A stretch of DNA of 64,000 nt from an uncultured Acidobacteriota bacterium. GTDB lineage: Bacteria > Acidobacteriota > Thermoanaerobaculia > Multivoradales > SZUA-115. Below are positions 43,457-54,795 of the stretch, piece by piece. The stretch covers positions 320,001-384,000 of the forward strand of contig CAWDVR010000005.1 of NCBI GenBank assembly GCA_963805975.1. The letters are read 5' to 3'. A model generated the notes under the pieces. The model ran no database searches and was not told the origin of the DNA. It saw only the letters and a list, made by a program, of their open reading frames with translations. Position 1 is the stretch's first letter, and each line of letters starts with the position of its first letter. The position numbers were made by a program, and so were the translations under genes.

Positions 43457-43999
43457 GTGGCAGGGGTCGTCACCGCGGTCAGCGTCGGCTCCACGCACGC
43501 CTTCAGCAAGGTGAACGTGGGCAGTGTTCGGCTCCTTGCGGGGAAGGGCGTCGAAGGCGACGCGCACATGGGCGAGACGGTGAAACACCGCTCGCGCGTG
43601 GCCCAGGACCCCACCCAGCCCAACCTCCGCCAGGTCCACCTGATCCACGCCGAGCTGCACGACGAGCTGAGCGCCGCCGGCTTCGACGTGGCCGCCGGAC
43701 AGATGGGCGAGAACATCACCACCCGCGGCATCCGCCTGCTCGAGCTGCCCACCGGCACCGGGCTCCGGGTGGGCGACACGGCGGTGATCGAGGTCACCGG
43801 CCTGCGCAACCCCTGCGCCCAGTTGGACCACTTCCAGCAAGGCCTCCTCGCCGCCGTCCTGGGCCGTGACGAGGACGGCAACCTCGTCCGCAAGTCCGGG
43901 ATCATGGGTGTAGTGAGGGCCGGTGGAGAAGTGCGGCCTGGAGATGCGGTACAAGTCGAGCTGCCTCCGGAGCCGCACCAGGCGCTGGAGCGAGTGTGA
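43457..43999 (+). CDS. MOSC domain protein
   Basis: GVEGDAH, RQVHL, GENITT and RNPC motifs. Confidence 0.9.
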   Translation: MAGVVTAVSVGSTHAFSKVNVGSVRLLAGKGVEGDAHMGETVKHRSRVAQDPTQPNLRQVHLIHAELHDELSAAGFDVAAGQMGENITTRGIRLLELPTGTGLRVGDTAVIEVTGLRNPCAQLDHFQQGLLAAVLGRDEDGNLVRKSGIMGVVRAGGEVRPGDAVQVELPPEPHQALERV

Positions 44000-44158
44000 G
44001 CGCGTTTCCGGGGACGCCTTATCCGGGTCCTCGACGGCGACCTGAAGAGCTATTCCGGGTCTTTCTCTCGCGTTCTGACCGCGGCCGAGGGACGCGGAAG
44101 TTGGGTTGCTGGTAGGGTGCGGGCTTCAGGCCCAAAGCTCAACCTCCAGGAGCCCCCA

Positions 44159-44713
44159 ATGTCCATCCTCAGCAACCGCTTCGAGAACGCCGCCGCCGAG
44201 GCTGTCGAGTACGTGGCCATGCTGCGCGATGCCCTGGGTTCCCGTGACCCTCTGGAAGTCCTCGAGTCCACGCCTGCTGCCGTCGGGCGGGCGGTGATCG
44301 GGCTCTCCGTGGAGCAGGAGGCGACGCCCGAGGCGCCCGGGAAGTGGTCGGTGCGGCAGGTGGTGCAGCACCTCGCGGACTCGGAGCTGGTGGGGGGCTT
44401 CCGCTTTCGGATGGTGCTCGCCCACGAGGCGCCGGAGCTGCCGGGCTACGACCAGGATCTGTGGGCGGAGCGCCTGGGGTACCGGGACGCGGACATCCCC
44501 ACGACTCTGAACGACTTCGCGGTACTGCGGCGGGCCAACCTCCGGCTCCTGCATCGAGCCTCGCCGGAGGATCTCCGGCGGGTGATGCGGCACCGGGAGC
44601 GGGGCGACGAGCCCCTGGGGCAGATGATCTGGATGTACGCCGGGCACGACCTCGTGCACCTGGCCCAGATCGACCGCATCCGGCGGGCGGTCGGGGCGGC
44701 CGAGGCTATCTAA
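44159..44713 (+). CDS. DinB/YfiT-family protein
   Basis: GKWSVRQVVQHLADSE, YDQDLW and GHDLVHL motifs. Confidence 0.88.
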   Translation: MSILSNRFENAAAEAVEYVAMLRDALGSRDPLEVLESTPAAVGRAVIGLSVEQEATPEAPGKWSVRQVVQHLADSELVGGFRFRMVLAHEAPELPGYDQDLWAERLGYRDADIPTTLNDFAVLRRANLRLLHRASPEDLRRVMRHRERGDEPLGQMIWMYAGHDLVHLAQIDRIRRAVGAAEAI

Positions 44714-44734
44714 CAGGGGCGGGTGGGGGACCTA

Positions 44735-44862
44735 GAAAAAGCCCCGTGTCGTGGAGGGATACGACACGGGGGGAGGAGAGGGAGCTGAAAGAGTTTGGCA
44801 AAGCCCGAAGGCCTTGAAGGCGGGCTCAGCTCCCACTGTTCCCGCCTCGCTGGATCATAACA
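44735..44862 (-). ncRNA. Candidate ~110-nt sRNA with its own promoter and terminator
   Basis: Minus-strand TGtTATGAT (44854-44862), nested stem 44780-44834, 11-bp terminator stem 44742-44771 followed by a T-tract; no minus-strand CDS here. Confidence 0.5.
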
Positions 44863-44915
44863 GCCGGCCTCGGCGTTCCGATTCCCGCTGCCTCCGGGCG
44901 GGTACAATCTCTCCC

Positions 44916-45890
44916 ATGCGCATCTTTCTGACCGGCGCCACCGGCTACCTGGGTGGCGCCCTGGCCCGGCGGCTGGCCGCCGACGGGCACGAGGTCCGGG
45001 CCCTCGTCCGCCCCGGCCGAGACCTGCAAGCTCTTGTCAATGCTGGGGTTACGCCGTGTACCGGCGACATCGCCGACCGCGCGTCGATGCGCGAGGGCAT
45101 GTCCGGGGCGGACTGGGTGATCCACGCCGCGGCCTACGTGGAGCTGGAAGGGCCGCGGGAGGCCATGGAGCGGGTGAACGTCCAGGGAAGTGAGAACGTC
45201 GCCTCCCTGGCACACAAGCTGGGGGTGGGCCGGTTCCTCTCCGTCTCCTCGATCGCCCAGTTCGGCGGCAGCCCGGAGGACGGCTCGGCCGGCCACGAGA
45301 GCTCGCCGGTGCTCCGCCCGTTCCCCAGCCTCTACAGCGAGACCAAGCACGCTGGCCAGGAGCGCATCCGCCAGTGGACGCGCCAGGGCCTGGCCCTCAA
45401 TACCGTCTTCCCGTCGCTGATCTACGGCCCGCCCGGCAAGCGCCTGGGCTCGAACGCGGTGCTGCGTACCATGGCGCTGGGCCGGTTCCCGGCGCTGGTG
45501 GGGGGCGACCGCAAGACGAGCTGGGTCTTCCTGGACGACGTGGTCGAAGCGATGCTGCGGATCGTGACCCAAGCCCCGGCCGGCCGGGACTACGTGCTCG
45601 CCGGCGAGATCACCACCGTCCGCGACCTCACCCACCAGGTGTGCCGGCTGGCGGGGGTGAAGCCGCCGCGGCTCGAGCTGCCGCTCGCGCTGGCACGCGC
45701 CGCGGTGGCCCTCGGCGCGCCGCTGGCGAAGCTCTTCGGTGCCCGGCCGCCGCTCACGCCCGGCCAGCTCGCGAGCCTCTCCCGGCACTGGGCCTTCGAC
45801 GACACACGGGCCCGCCAGGAGCTCGGCTGGGCCCCGCGCCCGCTGGCCGAGGGGCTGCCACCGACCGTGGAGTTCCTGCTGCGCCCATAG
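44916..45890 (+). CDS. NAD-dependent epimerase/dehydratase (extended SDR)
   Basis: TGATGYLG, HAAA and YSETK motifs. Confidence 0.9.
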   Translation: MRIFLTGATGYLGGALARRLAADGHEVRALVRPGRDLQALVNAGVTPCTGDIADRASMREGMSGADWVIHAAAYVELEGPREAMERVNVQGSENVASLAHKLGVGRFLSVSSIAQFGGSPEDGSAGHESSPVLRPFPSLYSETKHAGQERIRQWTRQGLALNTVFPSLIYGPPGKRLGSNAVLRTMALGRFPALVGGDRKTSWVFLDDVVEAMLRIVTQAPAGRDYVLAGEITTVRDLTHQVCRLAGVKPPRLELPLALARAAVALGAPLAKLFGARPPLTPGQLASLSRHWAFDDTRARQELGWAPRPLAEGLPPTVEFLLRP

Positions 45891-45900
45891 AATCACGTCC

Positions 45901-46269
45901 ATGTTCACGATCTTCAAGGACTACGACTTCGCCGCCGCCCACGCCATCCGCGGCCATCAGGGCGGCTGCCAGAACCTGCACGGCCACAACTACCGGGTGC
46001 GCGTCCACGTCGCCGCCCGCACCCTCGACGCGCTCGGCATGGTGGTCGACTTCGCCGACTTGAAGAAGGTGCTGGCCGAGGTGCTCGACCCCTTCGACCA
46101 CCAGGTCATCAACGAGGTGCCGCCGTTCACCGAGCGCAACACCACCGCCGAGCTCCTGGCCCAGTACGCTTACGAGGAGACGGCCCGGCGTCTCGACGAC
46201 GGCCGGGTGCGCGTGGCCAAGGTCGAGGTCTGGGAGAACGACAGCTCCTCGGCCGCCTATGAGCCCTGA
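45901..46269 (+). CDS. queD: 6-carboxytetrahydropterin synthase
   Basis: FAAAH, CQNLHGHNY, DF..LK, TTAE and VWE motifs. Confidence 0.93.
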   Translation: MFTIFKDYDFAAAHAIRGHQGGCQNLHGHNYRVRVHVAARTLDALGMVVDFADLKKVLAEVLDPFDHQVINEVPPFTERNTTAELLAQYAYEETARRLDDGRVRVAKVEVWENDSSSAAYEP

Positions 46270-46275
46270 GCTCCT

Positions 46276-46974
46276 ATGAGCCCCGAGATGGCGGCCGGCG
46301 CCGCTGGCACGGCGCAGGCCCTGCCCAGGGAGCGGCGGGTGAAGGTCAACGAGATCTTCTACTCGCTCCAGGGCGAGTCCACCTTCGCCGGCCGGCCCTG
46401 CGTGCTGGTGCGCCTGACCGGCTGCCAGATGCGCTGCACTTGGTGCGACAGCGAGCACAGCTTCTACGAGGGCCGCTGGATGGGCCTCGAGGAGGTGCTG
46501 GCGGAGGTGGCGGGCTTCGGCTGCCCGCTGGTCGAGCTGACGGGCGGCGAGCCCCTGCTGCAGCCGGGCGCGCTGCCGCTCCTCGCGGCGCTCGCCGATG
46601 CCGGCTACGAGGTGCTGCTCGAGACCGGCGGCGGGCTCGACGTCGCGGGCGTCGACCCGCGGGTGCGGCGGATCGTCGACGTCAAGTGCCCGGGGAGCGG
46701 CGAGGCGGCGAACAACCACTGGCCGAACCTCGACCTCCTCACCCGGCGCGACGAGCTGAAGTTCGTGCTCGCCTCCGAAGAGGACTACCGCTGGGCGCGC
46801 GACCTGGTGCTGGCGCGTGGCCTGGCGGCGCGTTGTGAGATCCATTTCTCACCCGTCTGGGGCGCGGTCGAGCCGCGCCAGCTCGCGGCCTGGGTGCTCG
46901 CGGACCGCTTGCCGGTGCGGGTGCAGGTGCAGCTCCACAAGCTGCTGTGGGGGGCCGACGCGCGGGGCGTGTGA
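46276..46974 (+). CDS. queE: 7-carboxy-7-deazaguanine synthase (radical SAM)
   Basis: EIFYSLQGE, CQMRCTWCD, TGGEP and QLHK motifs. Confidence 0.93.
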   Translation: MSPEMAAGAAGTAQALPRERRVKVNEIFYSLQGESTFAGRPCVLVRLTGCQMRCTWCDSEHSFYEGRWMGLEEVLAEVAGFGCPLVELTGGEPLLQPGALPLLAALADAGYEVLLETGGGLDVAGVDPRVRRIVDVKCPGSGEAANNHWPNLDLLTRRDELKFVLASEEDYRWARDLVLARGLAARCEIHFSPVWGAVEPRQLAAWVLADRLPVRVQVQLHKLLWGADARGV

Positions 46975-47060
46975 GGCGTGACGAGACGGGAACAGCCGGC
47001 TCTTTTCCTTGCGTGCTCGCTTGCGGCAAAGGTAAGATCGCGAGCGAGGGAGACTCCGAG

Positions 47061-48335
<1,275 letters not shown>

Positions 48336-48336
48336 A

Positions 48337-48648
48337 TCAGGCGCTTCTCTTGAACCGTCGGCGCAGCCAGCGGTGGGTCTTGAGGCGCAGGCCCCGGACC
48401 CGCCGCCAGGCCTGCGGCCAGCGGGAGAGGAGCTTCCCCAGCCCCTCGTAGATGAGCTCGGAGACCACCGACAGCAGGGCGGCCCCGAGGACGATGGTCA
48501 GCACTCCCTGGATACCCGGCAGCACCAGGCCCGCCACGCCGACCAGCACCAGCACCCAGCCGACCAGAAACACTCCCACGCGCACGTAGAGCGGCAGGCG
48601 TGGCAGCCGGCGCTTCTTGCGGGTCGGGCTCTTGGAGTGGGCGTCCAC
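48337..48648 (-). CDS. PGPGW-like small membrane protein
   Basis: GVAGLVLPGIQG TM hairpin. Confidence 0.75.
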   Translation of the reverse strand: MDAHSKSPTRKKRRLPRLPLYVRVGVFLVGWVLVLVGVAGLVLPGIQGVLTIVLGAALLSVVSELIYEGLGKLLSRWPQAWRRVRGLRLKTHRWLRRRFKRSA

Positions 48649-48671
48649 CGGCGTGGCGAGAGAGTGCGAGG

Positions 48672-49685
48672 TCAGGGACGCGGCGAGGCACCGACCGTGG
48701 GGCCTGCCAGCTCTCCCCAGTGATACTCGACGAGCAAGGGGCGGCTGGCGCCGCTGCCCAGCAGCCAGAGCACCGCCGGCCGCGGCGTGAGGTTGCCGAG
48801 CCGGAGCTGCCCGGCCCGGCTGCCGGTGGTGAAGAGGATGGAAGCCAGGGCCTGTGCGTCCACGGCGAGCTCGGTCGAGGCCAGCACGGCGACCACGCCT
48901 TCGGCCGGCCGGCCCTTGCGCAGGTCGACGTAGGGCGCGAAGCGCTCGCCGCCGGCGCCCAGCGTGTGGTCGTCCATGCTCGCGGCGGCCAGCGAGCGGT
49001 CGCGCAGCCAGAGCTCTTCGAGCGGCTCCACGAGCCCGGGAAAGACCAAGGGCGAGATAGGCCAGCCGCGCCCCCCCGGGCCCGGCCCGAAGGTGCGGGC
49101 CACGGTGCCGATGGTGACGAAGCCGTTGTCCACGCCCGCGGCGCGCAGCGCGTCCACGGCACGGTCCACCGCGAAGCCAGTGGCGAAGCCCCAGAGGTCG
49201 ATCTGGCTGCCCGCTCCCAGCTCGGCCGCCCCCGGTGTGCGATTCACCTCGAGCCGGTCGCAGGTGGCGCTCTCGCGAGCCTCCTCGAGATCCGCATCTC
49301 CCGGCAGCGCCGTGATCGGCTCGCGCAGCCCCCAGAGCCCGTAGAGCCGGCCGCCGAGCGGGCCGCCGATGCCGTCCGACCAGGTGCAGAAAGAGAGTGC
49401 GCGCGCCAGGATCTCGAGCACTTGCGGGTCGGTGGGCTGAGGCCCGCCGCCGGCCGCCGCGTTGAGACGGCCGATTCCCCCCTCGGCAGCGCCCCGAGCG
49501 TCGAGCAGGCTCTCGACCGCGGACACTGCCACCGTGGCCCGGACCAGCGCCGCGTCCGCGGTCTCTTTCGAGGCCGCGAGCACCTTGATGGTCCCGGGTC
49601 GCGAGAAAGCCTGGAACCGGGTCTCGGTGAGGTCGCCGCCGGCGGCCGAAACCACCAGCAGGGCGAGGACGGCAAGAGCGCTCAT
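48672..49685 (-). CDS. apbE: ApbE-like FAD:protein FMN transferase
   Basis: IDLWGFATGFAVD and YVDLRKGRP, plus DAQALAS; several catalytic positions look divergent. Confidence 0.75.
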   Translation of the reverse strand: MSALAVLALLVVSAAGGDLTETRFQAFSRPGTIKVLAASKETADAALVRATVAVSAVESLLDARGAAEGGIGRLNAAAGGGPQPTDPQVLEILARALSFCTWSDGIGGPLGGRLYGLWGLREPITALPGDADLEEARESATCDRLEVNRTPGAAELGAGSQIDLWGFATGFAVDRAVDALRAAGVDNGFVTIGTVARTFGPGPGGRGWPISPLVFPGLVEPLEELWLRDRSLAAASMDDHTLGAGGERFAPYVDLRKGRPAEGVVAVLASTELAVDAQALASILFTTGSRAGQLRLGNLTPRPAVLWLLGSGASRPLLVEYHWGELAGPTVGASPRP

Positions 49686-49754
49686 CGCGTGCAATCGTAG
49701 CGCGAAATGGCTATGAACCCGTGCGCCGGACTCGTGCGCACGGGCTCTCGGTCC

Positions 49755-50585
49755 CTACCACGCCGGCCGCGGGTGGAGCTGGGCGGCTTCGGGGGTCAGG
49801 GTTCCGTGCGCCAGGATGCGGGCGTCTCCGGCCAGGGACCAGCGGTCGGGAAGCTGGTGGGGCGGCCCCTCGCCTTCGACCGTGAGCTCGAAGCCGCCGC
49901 GGGTGAGCGCCACGACCGGCAGGGCCGAGCGGCGGATCAGGAGGCCCACGACGGTCGCCGCCATCACGCCCGTGCCGCAGGCGAGGGTCTCGGCCTCGAC
50001 GCCACGCTCGAAGGAGCGGATCTCGAAGCGGTGGAGGTCCGCGTAGCGCACGAAGTCGACGTTGGTGCCGGCGGCACCGAAAGCGGGATGGCGGCGCAGC
50101 CGCGGCGCCTCGGCCATCGGCGCCTCGGCGAGGTCTTCGGTCGTCGGCAGCACCAGGTGGGGCACGCCGGCCATCACCAGGAACCCCTCCCACAGCCGGC
50201 CGCCGTCGTCGATCGTGATCTCTCGCGGCGGCTGGCCCACGGTGGGCAGCTCGACCGCCACGCGGGTCTCGCCCTGCCGCCGGGCCGGCAGCGTCCCGGC
50301 TCCGGTCTCGATCTCGGTCTCGTCTCGCGCCCAACCCAGGTGGAAGGCGAGCCGCGCCGCGCAACGGGTGCCGTTCAGGCAGAGGTCGGCGGGCAAACCG
50401 TCGGAGTTGAAGTAGTCCATCTTCACGCGGCCGCTCTGGCGGGAGAGGACGAAGAGGCCGTCGGCCCCGAGCGAGAGCCCGCGCGTGCACCAGGCCCGGA
50501 TCTCCTCGGGCGAGGGGGGCACAGCGGGCTCGATCAGGGCGAGAAAGTCGTTGCCGCCACCCGAGACGCGGAAGAACTCGGTCAC
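49755..50585 (-). CDS. dapF: Diaminopimelate epimerase
   Basis: GNDF, GADG, FNSDG..CLNGTRC, GVPH and ERGVEAETLACGTG motifs. Confidence 0.93.
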   Translation of the reverse strand: MTEFFRVSGGGNDFLALIEPAVPPSPEEIRAWCTRGLSLGADGLFVLSRQSGRVKMDYFNSDGLPADLCLNGTRCAARLAFHLGWARDETEIETGAGTLPARRQGETRVAVELPTVGQPPREITIDDGGRLWEGFLVMAGVPHLVLPTTEDLAEAPMAEAPRLRRHPAFGAAGTNVDFVRYADLHRFEIRSFERGVEAETLACGTGVMAATVVGLLIRRSALPVVALTRGGFELTVEGEGPPHQLPDRWSLAGDARILAHGTLTPEAAQLHPRPAW

Positions 50586-50613
50586 GCTGTGCCCGCCTTG
50601 CGGCGCCAGGGGC

Positions 50614-51714
50614 TCATTGGGGCACGACGGCCTCGACCTCGGGGGAGGGCGGGCTCTCGTTGCCGGTCGAGTCCACGGCCGTGACCCGGAAGGCGTAGGC
50701 CCGGCCGGCCGTCAGGCCCTCAGCCGCGAACGAAGTCTCGGGCGCAGGCTTCTGGGTCAGGCGCAGCCACTCGCCCGCGGCGGTGTCCCGCCGGTAGACG
50801 TGGTAGCCGGCCACTCCGGGCTCCGGGTTCGGCGTCCAGGTGAGGCGGACGCGGCCCGGCTCGGTGAGGGCGATGGGCACCGCGGGCGCCCCCGGCGGGA
50901 AGCGGTCGCGGTAGTCGATCTCCTTCTCGGCGGCGAAGGTGCTCTCCGAGCCTTCGGCCCCTTCCGCCACCGCGGTCACGGCATAGAAGTAACGGCGGTC
51001 GAAGGCGGCGCCCGCATCCAGATGGCTGGTCTCCGCGGCCCCCACCGCGGCGAGCGGCGCGCCATAGCCACGCTCTTCGGCCAGGCGGCGATAGACGCGG
51101 TAGCCGCCGGCGCCCGTGCTCGCGGCCCAGCGCACCTCGACGCCACCCGCCTTCCCCGCGACGGCGAGGCCGGTGGGCGGGGCCGGCGGTGGGACGAAGG
51201 AGAGCGTCACCAGGTTCGAGAAGTCGGAGCGCTCGCCGCCGCGGTCGGCAAAGCGTACGCCGAAGGTGGTGGCCTGGCGCTCGGCGGCAGGCGGCGTGCC
51301 GGGCAGGCGGAGCTGGAGGTGCTCGCCCAGGACACCGGAGGAGAGCTCGGTGCCCGAGACCCGGCGCGTCAGCTTGGCGCCGGCCGCGAACTGCCGGGGG
51401 TCGACGGTGGGCAGGGCGCCGCTCGCGGAGAGCGGCTGCTCGAGCTGCCACAGCTCGACGGCCTCGAGGCCGGGCAGGGCCATGCCGTTGGTCGCCACCT
51501 TGGGGTAGGCCACGCGCAGCACCAGCTCCGAGCCCTGCTGGCGGACGGCGAGGTCGGAAGCGGCCCGCGGCACGTAGACGAGCGGTGGCAGCGGGTCGCC
51601 CTTCTTGCCGCAGGCGAACGACAAGAGAGCCATGCCGAGGAGCATGGCGCGGCCGGCCCCCTTGCCGGCCGCAGGGGTGCGGGCCAAGGAGCGGGTTCGG
51701 GTCTCAGAGCACAT
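50614..51714 (-). CDS. Lipoprotein with fibronectin type III domains
   Basis: Lipobox SFAC followed by GKKGDPLPP; GYRVYRR, YAVTAV and [11 protein letters not shown]3 patterns. Confidence 0.8.
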   Translation of the reverse strand: MCSETRTRSLARTPAAGKGAGRAMLLGMALLSFACGKKGDPLPPLVYVPRAASDLAVRQQGSELVLRVAYPKVATNGMALPGLEAVELWQLEQPLSASGALPTVDPRQFAAGAKLTRRVSGTELSSGVLGEHLQLRLPGTPPAAERQATTFGVRFADRGGERSDFSNLVTLSFVPPPAPPTGLAVAGKAGGVEVRWAASTGAGGYRVYRRLAEERGYGAPLAAVGAAETSHLDAGAAFDRRYFYAVTAVAEGAEGSESTFAAEKEIDYRDRFPPGAPAVPIALTEPGRVRLTWTPNPEPGVAGYHVYRRDTAAGEWLRLTQKPAPETSFAAEGLTAGRAYAFRVTAVDSTGNESPPSPEVEAVVPQ

Positions 51715-53077
51715 AGCGGCTCAGGTCCTGGTCCTTGATGATGCTCGCCAGGGTGCGTTTGACGTAGGTGGCGTCGATCTTCACCGCCACGCCGTGCATG
51801 TCGGGGGCTTCGAAGGAGATCTCGTCGAGCAGGCGCTCCATCAGCGTGGCGAGCCGCCGGGCGCCGATGTTCTCGTTCTGGGAGTTGACCTGGACGGCCA
51901 TCCGGGCCAGCTCGGAGATGGCGCCGGAGGTGAAGTCGACCGCGACGCCCTCGGTCGAGAGCAGGGCGGCGTACTGCTTGGTGAGGGCGGTCTCGGGCTC
52001 GGTCAGGATGCGGACGAAGTCGGACTCGGAGAGGGCGTCGAGCTCGACGCGGATCGGGAAGCGGCCCTGGAGCTCGGGGATCAGGTCCGAGGGCTTCGAG
52101 ACGTGGAACGCGCCGGCGGCGATGAACAGGATGTGGTCGGTCTTCACCATGCCGTACTTGGTGTTGACGGTGGTGCCCTCGACGATCGGCAGCAGGTCGC
52201 GTTGCACGCCCTCGCGCGAGATGTCCGGGCCGCGGCCGCCCTCGCGGCCGGCGATCTTGTCGATCTCGTCCAGGAAGATCATGCCGCCCTGCTCCACACG
52301 GTGGCGGGCCTCGCGCGCCGTCTGCTGGCGGTCGATGAGCTTCTCGGCCTCCTGCTGCAGGAGGATCTCTCTCGCCTCGGCCACGGTGACGGTCTGCTTC
52401 TTGCGCCGCCCGAAGAGGTTGGGCATCACCTCGCGCAGGTTGAAGCCCACCTCTTCGACGCCCTGGGGGGTGAACATCTCCATGCTCGGGAAGGTCGACT
52501 CCTCGACCTCGATCTCCACCTGGCGGTCGTCGAGCACGCCGGAGCGCAGCTTGGTCCGCATCTTCTCGCGGGTGTCGCCCAGCTTGGGGTCCTTGGCCTC
52601 GGAGAAGCCGGTCAGGGCGGGCGGTGGCAGGAGGAGATGGAGCAGGCGGTCCTCGGCGCGGTCCGCGGCCATTTCGCGCACCAGGGCGCGCCGCTCCTCG
52701 CGCACCATGGAGAAGGCGATCTCCACCAGGTCGCGCACCATGGACTCGACGTCGCGGCCGACGTAGCCCACCTCGGTGAACTTGCTCGCTTCGACCTTCA
52801 GGAAGGGGGCCTTGGCGAGCCGCGCCAGGCGGCGGGCGATCTCCGTCTTGCCGACCCCGGTGGGGCCGATCATCAGGATGTTCTTGGGCACGATCTCTTC
52901 GGCCACCTCGGCAGAGAGCTGCTGGCGGCGCCAGCGATTGCGCAGCGCGATGGCCACCGCGCGCTTGGCCGCCGCCTGCCCGACGACGTACTTGTCGAGC
53001 TCGGAGACGATCTCCCGTGGCTTGAGATCTTCCAGCGAGAAGGTAGAGGCCCCTTCGCTGGCCGGCTTGGCCCCCAT
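51704..53077 (-). CDS. hslU: HslUV protease ATPase subunit
   Basis: [23 protein letters not shown] and QGRFPIRV motifs. Confidence 0.97.
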   Translation of the reverse strand: MGAKPASEGASTFSLEDLKPREIVSELDKYVVGQAAAKRAVAIALRNRWRRQQLSAEVAEEIVPKNILMIGPTGVGKTEIARRLARLAKAPFLKVEASKFTEVGYVGRDVESMVRDLVEIAFSMVREERRALVREMAADRAEDRLLHLLLPPPALTGFSEAKDPKLGDTREKMRTKLRSGVLDDRQVEIEVEESTFPSMEMFTPQGVEEVGFNLREVMPNLFGRRKKQTVTVAEAREILLQQEAEKLIDRQQTAREARHRVEQGGMIFLDEIDKIAGREGGRGPDISREGVQRDLLPIVEGTTVNTKYGMVKTDHILFIAAGAFHVSKPSDLIPELQGRFPIRVELDALSESDFVRILTEPETALTKQYAALLSTEGVAVDFTSGAISELARMAVQVNSQNENIGARRLATLMERLLDEISFEAPDMHGVAVKIDATYVKRTLASIIKDQDLSRYVL

Positions 53078-53111
53078 GACGCGCACTCCTCCTGGTCCCC
53101 GCTGGGGAGCC

Positions 53112-53666
53112 TCAGAGCTCCTCGACGATGACGGATTCATTGGTGAAGATGCAGATCTCGGCGGCGATGCCCATCGCCTTCCTGGCGATCTCGGCCGCCT
53201 CGAGCTCGGTGTGGCGCATCAGCGCCCGGGCGGCGGCGAGCGCGAAGTTGCTGCCGGAGCCGATCGAGAGCACGCCGTCCTCGTCCGGCTGCAGCAGGTC
53301 GCCGGCACCGTTCAAGAAGAAGCTCTTGTCGCGGTCGGTCACGATCAGCATCGCCTGCAGTTGCCGCAAGGCCCGGTCGGTGCGCCATTCCTTGGCCAGC
53401 TCGACCACGGCACGTTCGAGGTTGCCGTGGAACTCATCGAGCTTGGCCTCGAGGCGGCCTAGGAGCGCCAGCCCGTCGGCGCCGCCGCCGGCGAAGCCCA
53501 CCAGCACCTGGCCGTTGCCCACGCGACGCACTTTGCGGGCGTGGGACTTGACCACCGTGTTGTTGAGCGTCACCTGGCCGTCGGCGGCCATGGCGACCTT
53601 GCCGTCCCGCCGTACCAGGATGACGGTGGTGGAGTGCATGATGTTCTCGTGGCCTCGTCCGCTCAT
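53112..53666 (-). CDS. hslV: HslUV protease peptidase subunit
   Basis: HSTTV, DGQVT, WRTDR and IGSG motifs. Confidence 0.96.
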   Translation of the reverse strand: MSGRGHENIMHSTTVILVRRDGKVAMAADGQVTLNNTVVKSHARKVRRVGNGQVLVGFAGGGADGLALLGRLEAKLDEFHGNLERAVVELAKEWRTDRALRQLQAMLIVTDRDKSFFLNGAGDLLQPDEDGVLSIGSGSNFALAAARALMRHTELEAAEIARKAMGIAAEICIFTNESVIVEEL

Positions 53667-53825
53667 CGCGGCGGGATTGTAGCAGTGGAGCGAGGCGGCC
53701 CAGCGCCCCCGCGGCCTTTTACCCGGTGTCCCTCGTTGCGCTGCTCGAGCTCCTCGGGCGGCCTGCGCTGCTCACGAGGGTCACCCCAGGCGAGAGGCTA
53801 CGCCTTTCACCACACGGAGGGGCTT

Positions 53826-54790
53826 TCAGGGACTTCGCCTGGCTCTCGGGTGCGCCTCCCGTAGACGGCCAGCAGGCGTCGATCTCGACGTGCGCTGGGT
53901 GGTGGCGAGCGAGCTGTGGCCCAGGAGCTCCTGGATGGCCCGCAGGTCGGCGCCACCTTCGAGCAGGTGGGTGGCGAAGGTGTGGCGCAGGGTGTGGGGA
54001 TGGACGCCGGGGGCGATCGCCGGCTCGCGTTCACGTAACGGTCGACCACTCGCCGCACCGAGCGTGCCGACAGCCGCCACCACGGAGGTTGAGGAACACG
54101 GGCTCCTCCTCGCTGGCCCGGCCTGGCGCGGCACGATCGAAGCCGGGCACGGACTTCCTCCCAGTCCGCGAGCCAGGCCTTGAGCGCTGCCGCCGCCGGC
54201 TTGCCGAAGGGCACCATTCGCTCCTTGCCGCCCTTGCCCACGACGCGCAGCACCCGGGACCGTAGAGGTCGAGGTCGCGCCAGTCCAGGCCGACGAGCTC
54301 CGAGACCCGCAGGCCGCTCGCGTAGAGCAGCTCGAGGATCGCCCGATCGCGCCACGGCAGCGGTTCGTCTGTCGGAGGCGGCCTCCAGGAGCGTCTCGGT
54401 CTCGCCCGGCCGCAGGTGCCGGGGCACAGGCTCTTCGGCAGCCTGGGCGTGCGCACCGCCGGCGCCGGGTTGGCCGGCAGTGAGGCCTCTCGCGGCAGGC
54501 GAACCGGAAGAGCATCCGCACCGCGGACAGAGCCCGGCCGCGGTTCGAGCGCTTCGCTGCGGCTGCGCGGCGCCAGCGAGGCGACGAACGAGCGCACGGC
54601 GAGGCGTCCACCTCGTCGACCGTGCACGCTCCGGGGCTGTCCTGCAGGAAGGTCGACCGCAGGAAACTCGAGGAAGCGGTCGAGATCGCCGCGGTAGGCA
54701 CGCAGCGTGTGGGCGGAGTAGTTACGCTCCTCGCCGAGGTGGACGAGGAAGCGCTCGACGACTTCGGCGAGTGGCGGTTGCGGGGCTCAC
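53826..54790 (-). pseudogene. xerC: Tyrosine recombinase XerC, heavily frameshifted
   Basis: [40 protein letters not shown] and [29 protein letters not shown] fall in different frames; conserved trmFO-xerC-hslVU context. Confidence 0.85.
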
Positions 54791-54795
54791 CGTCG

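Noticed and set aside
45880-45901. preQ1 riboswitch before queD
   Set aside because: Only 10 bp of intergenic sequence, leaving no room for an aptamer.
45901-46974. queD-queE as a 7-deazaguanine DNA-modification (dpd) defence island
   Set aside because: No dpdA/tgt paralog or other dpd genes are nearby; the housekeeping context fits ordinary queuosine synthesis.
53826-54790. Phage or island integrase
   Set aside because: The context is the housekeeping trmFO-xerC-hslVU cluster, with no att sites, tRNA or cargo genes.
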